A DNA stretch of 41,411 nucleotides from a virus (lineage: Duplodnaviria; Caudoviricetes): positions 1 through 41,411 of IMG/VR virus record IMGVR_UViG_3300027798_000088, one strand, 5' to 3'. A program made the translations under genes and the position numbers. This document shows, one piece after another, positions 10,294 through 19,200 of this stretch. Each line of letters begins with the position of its first letter. Positions within the stretch are counted from its first letter, which is position 1. The notes under the pieces were generated by a model. The model worked only from the letters and a program-made list of their open reading frames with translations. It ran no database searches and had not been told where the DNA came from.

Positions 10294-10656
10294 ATGGCAG
10301 GAAATAACTACTTTTTTACATCATCAGATGATACTGTACTCGGAGGAACTCCGCAATACTTTTACGGACTGCGTAGGACGGAAGATGGCGATTTATACAT
10401 GGGCAAATTAAACACTTTAAGTCCGACAGATTCCTTAGAAATAAATCTACCCATAGATTCAGGAGAAACATTTCCAGATTTTGAACACGGATATGATTTT
10501 ACAGAAGGTCGTGACGATAATCATAGTATTGTTTGGAAAGGGTTAAATTACGAACAATATAGATGGGATAATAGATCATTATTTTATTATATCAACGACG
10601 AAGGACAACTGATAGTTAGGATCGGACAAAAATATACATATCCTAGCGGCATATAA
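10294..10656 (+). CDS. Hypothetical protein, probably virion-associated
   Basis: 120 aa, strong SD AAGGAG, acidic/aromatic, embedded in the structural operon. Confidence 0.6.
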   Translation: MAGNNYFFTSSDDTVLGGTPQYFYGLRRTEDGDLYMGKLNTLSPTDSLEINLPIDSGETFPDFEHGYDFTEGRDDNHSIVWKGLNYEQYRWDNRSLFYYINDEGQLIVRIGQKYTYPSGI

Positions 10657-10659
10657 ATA
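10652..10659 (+). promoter_or_regulatory. Consensus T4 late promoter TATAAATA
   Basis: Exact TATAAATA overlapping the upstream stop codon, shortly before ATG 10687. Confidence 0.7.
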
Positions 10660-10686
10660 TAGTATTAAGACATCTGGAACATAATA

Positions 10687-13600
10687 ATGGCTGAATTTAA
10701 TATACCACGAATTAGATATCGTTGGAAAGGCTACTGGACTACACCTACTACATACATAGAAGATGACATCGTTTTTTATGCAGGGTCAAGCTGGGCTTGC
10801 ATACGCCCGCACACTTCTGGTAATTTTAATACAGATCAAACATATCTCGCAGATCCGTTAAACACTGAAGTATCTGCTGCGTGGGTAAGAGTAACAGATG
10901 GCTACAAATTTAGAGGTGTATGGGCTAGCTCAACGATTTATGGCCCCGGCGAAATAGTTATTGCTGGCGGAAACTTATATCTATGCTCAGTAGGGCATAC
11001 CTCATCTTTATATTTTGAAACCAATATTACAGAGTGGGATATTTTTATTGAAGGCAACAATTGGCGCACTACGTGGACTTCTGCTTCTGTTTATAAAGTA
11101 GGAGACGTTGTAGCGTACAACGGTATTGTTTATAGATGTATTCGTGAGCATGTTGCTGGTACTACAGCACAAGGTATAGTTATAGGTGATGGTGACAGCA
11201 CTAATGACAGCACTGCTGAAACATGGGAAATTGTTTACGACAACATAAAATTTGTTGGGGCATACACAATAAACACTAGATATAGAGTCAATGATCTAGT
11301 AAAGTACGGAGGCAGTTTACTACGCTGTACAGAAGAACATACTTCGTCTAGTGTTGCCGGAAATGTTGATAATAACAATTTTATTACAGAGTTAAGAGGA
11401 CTTAATTTTTATAATAATTGGAGCAATACTGCATATTATGCTATTGGAGATGTTGTTAGACACGGCGGTTATGTTTATGTAAGCAGCGCAAACAACATAA
11501 ACAGCGAGCCTGGAGAATCTGAAACATATAGTGTAGGCAATCCTAACTGGACATTAATTACAAAAGCTACAACGCTTGCAGGAACCTGGAACAGCACTGA
11601 AAATTACAAAGCAGGCGATCTAGTCCGTCGAGGCGGCCAACTTTATGTAGCATTAGTTAATACAGTAGCAGACGGAAGTAGCTTAGATTATTTAGATCTG
11701 TCAAATTGGGAATTACTAGCACCTGGACAAGAATGGAAAGGTACTTGGGTAACAGCAACAGAATATGAAATAAACGATATAGTTTATCATATTGGTAGCA
11801 CTTATATTTGTAATGTTAGTCATTTGTCAGTAGACAATTCATATCCTGGAGATAACGGTTCGGGCTACAATTACTGGAACATGTTAATTGCCGGTGGTGA
11901 TATAGGCACACAGTATCCGGGAGATTTATTAATATACGGACTGTCAAGAACCGTAGCTAACGACGGCAGTACAGTTGGCGCAACAAGAATTGCTATTGGT
12001 ATAGAAGATGATGTTTTAAAAGTAGAAACTAATAGTGTAGCAGATTATAGCACATGGGGAACTTTAACTAGAATATTCCATGTACGCACAGATGGTATAG
12101 ACGATGACACTGATGTAAATAGAGGTGTAAATTATTTTAAACCTTGGAAAACAGTTCATTTTGCCGCTAGGAAGGCCAATGACGGGTATCTCGGAACTAC
12201 AACTATTAAAATTTGGCCAGGTATCTATAAAGAAGTTTTACCAATAATTGTTCCAAAAAATACTGCTATCGATGGTGCTGAATTACGTTCTACAACAATT
12301 AAACCTAATGATCCTAGCGTAGAAAGATTTGATGATAGACCTGCTATTATTGTTATTCTTGATAGATTTTATGATATAATTCAAAGCATACTCACCGGTA
12401 TACAAATTACAAAAAGTGTAACAAATTTAGAAACGCAATATATACCAGCAAGTCCTTCAGATTACAGCACAATACCAGTAGCAACAGAAATTAAAAATAT
12501 CATAGTTGATATGAAAACTTATATCAACAGCAGAATACTCGGCGTTGGAGTTCCGCCTTCATTAACAGGTACAATGACCCCCACTGATTCTACAACTTAT
12601 TCTAATGCAAAAGAAATTCTTGAATCTAACAAAGATTTTTTAGCAGCAGAAGGAGTAGCATTTATTAACGAGTTAGTTCCGTCTTATCAATACGATGAAG
12701 CTCGTCGTAGGGTAGATATTAAAAGATATATAGATGCTTGGATAACAGATATTACATATACTGGAAATTATAACTCTCTTTTAGAAGCAAGATGGTATGC
12801 AAATGATATTATTGGGTCTGCATCAGAAGATATGTTTTATGTACGCGACAGTTCGGGTATACGCAATGTAACATTATCTGGGTTAACAGGAGAGTTGTCT
12901 CCACAACTCCAATTTGAATTGTATCAAAGGCCTAACGGCGGCTCGTTTGTTTCTCTTGATCCAGGATGGGGCCCAGCTCACGAAGATTGTTGGATAACAT
13001 CAAGATCTTCATACATACAAAACGTAACAACGTTCGGTACTGCTGCTACGGGCCAAAAAGTCGACGGTAATTTGCACAACGGTGGTAATAAATCTATTAC
13101 ATCAAACGATTTTACACAAGTTATATCAGACGGAATTGGCGCCCATGTACTAAATGGCGGCCGAGCAGAACTTGTGTCCGTGTTTACTTATTATGCACAC
13201 ATTGGTATGTTTGCAGAAGACGGTGGAATTATTCGTGCAACTAATGGTAATAGTTCTTACGGATCTTTTGGTGCAATTGCAGATGCAAACGATCCTACAG
13301 AGACACCTGCATACGGATATGTAAATAACCGTACCGAAGAAGCGCAAATTGCAAATGCATTTGCCGGAGAAATTAATGATGAAATTTTAGTAGTAGAATT
13401 TTCAAATGCAGGACAAAACTATTCTAATGCAGTATATACAATTATTGGAGCAGGAACTGGCGCCAGTTTAATACAAGAAGAATATAGAGATAATGCAGTA
13501 TTTGAAGCGCAGGTAAGAAATGCACCTGGAAATCCTTCAGGCATTGAAGGTGCCGGCGATTACATACTTGCAGGTAACAATGCTCAGTACGGGGACAGAT

Positions 13601-16197
13601 TAACAATTACTTTAGCTACAAACGATCAAAATACCGAACAAACATTGTTAGGTACTAGAGTTATATTAACTAGTGGTGAAGGAACTGGCCAATACGGATA
13701 TGTTCAAGCATATGATGAAGGTTTAAAATTAGTTACAGTATATAGAGAAAGTGACAATCAGCCAGGATGGGATCATGTTATTCCAGGAACTCCTATTAAA
13801 GATTTACTAACAACTGGTACTAGATATCTCTTTGAACCAAGAGTAACATTTAGTGCTCCTTCTTTTACTGCTGAACTAGTATCTTCACCAACTACTGCGT
13901 CATGGGCAGCAGTAGTCTACGGAGAAACTTTAGAAGTGTATACCGGAGTTGGCGGAACAGTTGGGTTAGGTACAACGATTGATGTTGCACCACTTACTGC
14001 TACTTGGAATGTTACTAAATCTGGAAGATCATATATTGTAACTTTATTAAATGGCGGAGCTGGCTACGAAGATGAACAAATTATTACTATTAACGGAGCA
14101 AACGTCGGCGGATTAACTATAGAACACGATATTACTATTACAGTAAAATCAATTTCAGATGACAGCACTAATTCAATCTTAACTTTTGAATATGAGGGCA
14201 CTGCATCCAGCGGAAGATTTGTTATGACTCCTAACAACGGAAGCTCTAGCGCATATTCTTCAAACGGATCTAATTGGTTATCCTCTCCATTACCGTTTAA
14301 TGGTAACTGGTCATCTATTGCATACGGGAATTATAAATTTGTAGCAGTACAATATAATAGTTCAAATGCTGTGCTTTCTACTAATGGAATTTCATGGACT
14401 ACAACAACATTACCCTCAACGGCAACTTGGAACAGTGTAGTATACGGTTTAGCTACAGACAATACAACTGGAGTATTCCTTGCAGTATCAAGTAGTACCC
14501 TTGACGCTGCATATACACTCGATGGTACGAATTGGTTAACAACTACATTGCCTACTATAGGTGACTCGACATTGAACGAGTGGAAAGATGTTGCCTACGG
14601 TAAAGGTAAATTTGTAGCAATTGCTAACAGTAGTAATGCTGTAGCGGTTGGGTCTTATAATGCAACTACAACTTTATGGACATGGACTTCGTCTGTGGTA
14701 GAGGTGCAAGATTCTTCTCCAGAAGATTGGTCTAGTATTGTCTACGGTAACGGAAGATTTGTTACAGTTTCTACATCGGGCGACGTATCATACAGTTTTG
14801 ACGGCATACAATGGTATACTACTTCTGCAGGGATGCCTCAACCTAGCGCAACAGAAATGTACTGGAAACAAATAAGATACGGTCAAGGTGTGTTCTTTGC
14901 TGTATGTGAAACATCAACTGCCGGACCGACAACATTTGCAGCTACATCATACGACGGTATTGTTTGGACTAGCAGAACTTTAACAGAATCACATCGATGG
15001 GGTGTTATTGGATTTGGAAATCCTGATGTAACACTAGGAGACTCTACAGTATCAAATAATCAACCTATGTGGATTGCAGCTCCTACAACATCAAGCAGTG
15101 ACATAAACAGAATATTTACTGGTGCTAGAACTCTAGGAAGAGCAGTAGTTGAAAGCGGAAACATAGCTCAAATTAAATTATGGGAACCAGGGTCTGGTTA
15201 TACATCGGCACCTACTGTTACTTTTACAGATCCTAACAATACTTCTAATGCATATGTGAATCCAAGAATAGCAGACGGAGTATTAGCGCAACCAACTTTC
15301 TTAAATAGAGGCAATGCTTATAGAACTAGTACAACAGTTATATCTGTAATTGGGGACGGATTTGCTGATATTATTCCAAGAGGTCGTTTTGTTACATTAA
15401 GTGGTCTTGAGAGAATTCCCGGACCCGGAGCTCAGTTTAGATTTGGCAGCTCAGACAATGTTTATACCGTGGTTGTAACAGGTATAGAAATAACTTCTGA
15501 AAACGGAACATTACGATCTACATTCCAAGTAAGTCCGTTAATAACATATGACGATGAGTTTTTAGAAAATACAGAAGTCGAAATACGCGAAAAATACAGT
15601 CAAGTTCGAATTACAGGACACGATTTCTTAGATATAGGAACTGGAAATTTTGAAGAAACAAATTATCCAACATTATATTCTACAGGTAATTATACATCAG
15701 CACCAGAAAATGAAGTTCAAGAATTAAACGGAGGTAGAGTTTTCTACACAAGTACCGATCAAAGTGGTAATTTTAGAACTGGTGAATTATTTGCAGTAGA
15801 ACAAGCAACTGGTATTGTTACTATCAGTGCTGACTTCTTTGAACTAAACGGACTAACAGAATTGGCGTTAGGCGGTGTGCGATTAGGCGGATCAGGAGCA
15901 GTTGTTAGAGAATTTTCAACTGATGCGTTATTCATTGCAGATTCTAACAACATTGTACCAACACAACGTGCTATAAAATCATATTTGGCTACTAGATTAA
16001 ATATTGGTGGTTCTGATCTATTAACATCTAGCTTTATTGCCGGTACAGTTAGGGTAGGACCTAATTTAATTGACAATTCTGCTCAACTAACTATTGATAT
16101 TCCTGTTATGGCAAATTTTGCTGGGGCTGGCATAGGTGTTAACGGAATGATGGTAGCATCTTCTCTATTTTATCGTTCGTTTAAAGATAATGTTTGA
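10687..16197 (+). CDS. Giant modular fibre/adhesin B1: 7 CBM5/12 (ChiC-like) repeats, split beta-helix, one helical insert, beta-propeller
   Basis: 1836 aa; seven W.....Y..GD.V...G..Y.C...H.S repeats (~10720-11890); beta-helix motifs from 12076; W..IAYG.G.FVAV/S.DG..W propeller blades (~14212-15110); C-terminal TGHDFLDIGTG...GGRVFYTSTDQ.GNFR block shared with B2. Confidence 0.75.
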   Translation: MAEFNIPRIRYRWKGYWTTPTTYIEDDIVFYAGSSWACIRPHTSGNFNTDQTYLADPLNTEVSAAWVRVTDGYKFRGVWASSTIYGPGEIVIAGGNLYLCSVGHTSSLYFETNITEWDIFIEGNNWRTTWTSASVYKVGDVVAYNGIVYRCIREHVAGTTAQGIVIGDGDSTNDSTAETWEIVYDNIKFVGAYTINTRYRVNDLVKYGGSLLRCTEEHTSSSVAGNVDNNNFITELRGLNFYNNWSNTAYYAIGDVVRHGGYVYVSSANNINSEPGESETYSVGNPNWTLITKATTLAGTWNSTENYKAGDLVRRGGQLYVALVNTVADGSSLDYLDLSNWELLAPGQEWKGTWVTATEYEINDIVYHIGSTYICNVSHLSVDNSYPGDNGSGYNYWNMLIAGGDIGTQYPGDLLIYGLSRTVANDGSTVGATRIAIGIEDDVLKVETNSVADYSTWGTLTRIFHVRTDGIDDDTDVNRGVNYFKPWKTVHFAARKANDGYLGTTTIKIWPGIYKEVLPIIVPKNTAIDGAELRSTTIKPNDPSVERFDDRPAIIVILDRFYDIIQSILTGIQITKSVTNLETQYIPASPSDYSTIPVATEIKNIIVDMKTYINSRILGVGVPPSLTGTMTPTDSTTYSNAKEILESNKDFLAAEGVAFINELVPSYQYDEARRRVDIKRYIDAWITDITYTGNYNSLLEARWYANDIIGSASEDMFYVRDSSGIRNVTLSGLTGELSPQLQFELYQRPNGGSFVSLDPGWGPAHEDCWITSRSSYIQNVTTFGTAATGQKVDGNLHNGGNKSITSNDFTQVISDGIGAHVLNGGRAELVSVFTYYAHIGMFAEDGGIIRATNGNSSYGSFGAIADANDPTETPAYGYVNNRTEEAQIANAFAGEINDEILVVEFSNAGQNYSNAVYTIIGAGTGASLIQEEYRDNAVFEAQVRNAPGNPSGIEGAGDYILAGNNAQYGDRLTITLATNDQNTEQTLLGTRVILTSGEGTGQYGYVQAYDEGLKLVTVYRESDNQPGWDHVIPGTPIKDLLTTGTRYLFEPRVTFSAPSFTAELVSSPTTASWAAVVYGETLEVYTGVGGTVGLGTTIDVAPLTATWNVTKSGRSYIVTLLNGGAGYEDEQIITINGANVGGLTIEHDITITVKSISDDSTNSILTFEYEGTASSGRFVMTPNNGSSSAYSSNGSNWLSSPLPFNGNWSSIAYGNYKFVAVQYNSSNAVLSTNGISWTTTTLPSTATWNSVVYGLATDNTTGVFLAVSSSTLDAAYTLDGTNWLTTTLPTIGDSTLNEWKDVAYGKGKFVAIANSSNAVAVGSYNATTTLWTWTSSVVEVQDSSPEDWSSIVYGNGRFVTVSTSGDVSYSFDGIQWYTTSAGMPQPSATEMYWKQIRYGQGVFFAVCETSTAGPTTFAATSYDGIVWTSRTLTESHRWGVIGFGNPDVTLGDSTVSNNQPMWIAAPTTSSSDINRIFTGARTLGRAVVESGNIAQIKLWEPGSGYTSAPTVTFTDPNNTSNAYVNPRIADGVLAQPTFLNRGNAYRTSTTVISVIGDGFADIIPRGRFVTLSGLERIPGPGAQFRFGSSDNVYTVVVTGIEITSENGTLRSTFQVSPLITYDDEFLENTEVEIREKYSQVRITGHDFLDIGTGNFEETNYPTLYSTGNYTSAPENEVQELNGGRVFYTSTDQSGNFRTGELFAVEQATGIVTISADFFELNGLTELALGGVRLGGSGAVVREFSTDALFIADSNNIVPTQRAIKSYLATRLNIGGSDLLTSSFIAGTVRVGPNLIDNSAQLTIDIPVMANFAGAGIGVNGMMVASSLFYRSFKDNV

Positions 16198-16202
16198 GTT
16201 GC

Positions 16203-16208
16203 TAAATA
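16203..16208 (+). promoter_or_regulatory. Late promoter core TAAATA
   Basis: GCTAAATA in the gap, followed by SD GAGGTG before ATG 16237. Confidence 0.65.
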
Positions 16209-16236
16209 CAAGAGCTCCATAAAATTGAGGTGAATA

Positions 16237-19200
16237 ATGGCAGAGTTTAAACTAGGTAGAATTAAATTTGTATGGAAAGATGACTGGTCGACAGGCATCA
16301 CATACCTAAAAGATGATGTTATACGATATGGTGGTAAAACCTATATTTGTGTAGTTGGTCATATATCTGCTGCTGACTTCAATACAGATTTAAACTTTGT
16401 TCCATCAAAGTGGAATTTAATGACTGACGGCCAAGCATGGCGGGGGTCGTGGACTATCTCTACTGCATATCGAATTGGTGATACGGTCAAATACGGTGGA
16501 AATGTCTACTTATGTAATTTAGGACACACTAGTGCTTCAACAGCATCCTCGGGATTAGAGAATGATTCCAGCAAGTGGGACATATTTGCCGAAGGATTTG
16601 ACTGGAAAGGCGACTGGACTGTTTCTACACGATACAAATTAAATGATCTAGTTAAGTACGGCGGTTATACATATGTTTGTAACTTAGGTCATACTAGTGC
16701 CGCTACTGTTGCATTAGGTCTTGAAAATAATATAGCTAACTGGGACGTATTCAATTCTGGTATAGAATATAAAGATACATGGATTACTCTTACACGTTAT
16801 AAGTTAAACGATGTAGTGAAGTATGGCGGCGGCCTTTGGATTTGTACAACACAACATAGTGCTGGCGCAACATTTGCAGGCGACACTGCAAACTGGTCAC
16901 AGTTTGTAGAAGGTTTAGAATTTGAAAACACATGGAGTAGCGGAGCTGCTTACCAGCCAGGTGACGTTGTTCGTTATGGCGGAAATCAATATGTAGCTAA
17001 GACGCAGCATACAAATTCAAATCCTCTAGTAGGTACAGCTAACTGGGATTTATTCTCAGAAGGTTTAAAATATCAATCTGATTGGGCAATCACTACATCT
17101 TATAAAATAGGTGAAGTCGTAAAACTTAATGGTTATACATACCTAGCCACTACAGATGCTCCGGCTATAACAACAACTGCATCAGCAACCGATGTTAGTA
17201 CAAAATATATTACAGTAGCCAGTACTACAGGCATGGTTGCTAACATGGCTGTTAAATTTACAGGTACTACTTTTGGTAATGTGTTTACCAACGGTACATA
17301 CTATGTAAGACAAGTTATTGACGGATTTAATTTTACTATCAGTAACACTCCAGCCGGAGCAATTTTTACTCCGACTACTGCCGCAGGCACTATGTCTGTT
17401 ACTGCTGCAGCAAAACCTCCTAATGCAGCCTATTGGTCACAGTTAACCGCAGGCGTTAACTGGAGAGACCTATGGAGCGACGATGCCGAATACGTCATAG
17501 GCGACACAGTAAGATATGGCTCAAACGTTTATATCTGCGTATTAGCACACAGATCAGAAGGTGATGATGTTTCCACAGTGGGAGCAACTGGCGGAGGCCA
17601 AGCAAACAGTCGACCAGATTTAGATATTACTAATATCTATTGGAATTTGTTTAATGTTGGTAGTGAAACTTCTGTACTTACTACTCTAGGCGACATGGTA
17701 TACTTTGGAGGTGCAGGTCCTACTCGATTACCTATTGGACAAGAAGGGCAAATTCTACGTGTAAGTGCTGACAGTATTCCTGAGTGGGTATCATGGGGCA
17801 CCGCCGATCACGCTTATTATGTGAGCCCAACTGGGGAAGACATCCCTGCCCCTATATATGGAAAAACTTTAGATAAGCCTTGGAAAACAATTCGTTATGC
17901 TTGTGAACAAGTTGAACGAGGACCTCGTAATCCTAATGCTAAACGTCTACTTGAACTAAACACACCATTTATACAACGTGAAGTTACTGAATGGATTGAT
18001 CGTCAGGTAACTACAAATACAGCACCTTTTACAACAAGTTTTGTGTACGCTCAAGATCGTTGTGAACGAGATGTTGGATTAGTAATTGATGCATTATTAT
18101 ATGACATTGGACATGGCGGCAATGTTAAAAGTCGAGGCGCAGCCTTAGCCTATGTTAATGCAATTACTGAAGACAATCCTGGTGTATATGTAAATCTAGC
18201 AGCAGAAGCAGATGAAGATATTGCAGCATATAACTATATGCTTACAGTTATAGAGTCAGTGTTAAACAACGAAGCTCCTGCAGTTAATTATCAAGTATTA
18301 AATGGAGATAATTCTACAGCAGTAGTTCCTCAGTATATTGATACAAATTATACTGCCGAAGCGGGAGCAATGACTGCTATTACAGAATTAGTTACTATTA
18401 TTACAGATGCCTTAGCTGATCAAAATGCAGACAATATTCCTGCTAGATATGCTCCTAACAATTTAATTCAAGTTAGAACAGGTAGATATCGTGAAGTGTT
18501 GCCTATTATTGTTCCAGCCGAAACATGTGTCATGGGAGACGAACTACGTTCAACTAATGCCGGCCCAGCAGGTAGTCTTGTTAGTAGATACGATACAAAA
18601 TATAGTATAGGCTCTTTAGGACGTTTAGAAACAGTTGCTGGACAGATTGTTCTAGGAACAAACGTAACTGAAAGTCCTGGAAATACTTCTATCCAATATA
18701 ACGGCTGGCCACTTGCTACAGCTCAACAGGCAACTAGTGTACAACAATTAGTAAGAACAATGCAGCACAAGATTGACTACAATCTTGGAACAACGGTACT
18801 GTTTAACTATCCAAATCCTACAGGGTATAATTCTTCATATCTAATTGGTTACGGTGATGCAAGAACTTTATTAAAAGAAAATAAAGAATTCATGCAAGCA
18901 GAAATTATTGCGTTTATTACAGCAACATATCCTGGTATAAAATATTCTAAGACAATCTGCAAGCGAGATGTTGGATACGTTGTAGATGCAATGGTATATG
19001 ATCTAACCTATGGCGGTAGCACACAGACATTAAATGCAGGCCTAGCCTACTTTGACGGTGTTGGCAGCACATTAATGATTGACTCTACTGAGTTAACTGC
19101 AACTATTGCATCTTATAATAGATTAAAAACTGTAATGCAGCAGATTATTATTAACACAACAGTTACTAGATCTGCAACTAACGATGCTGTTCAATTCACA

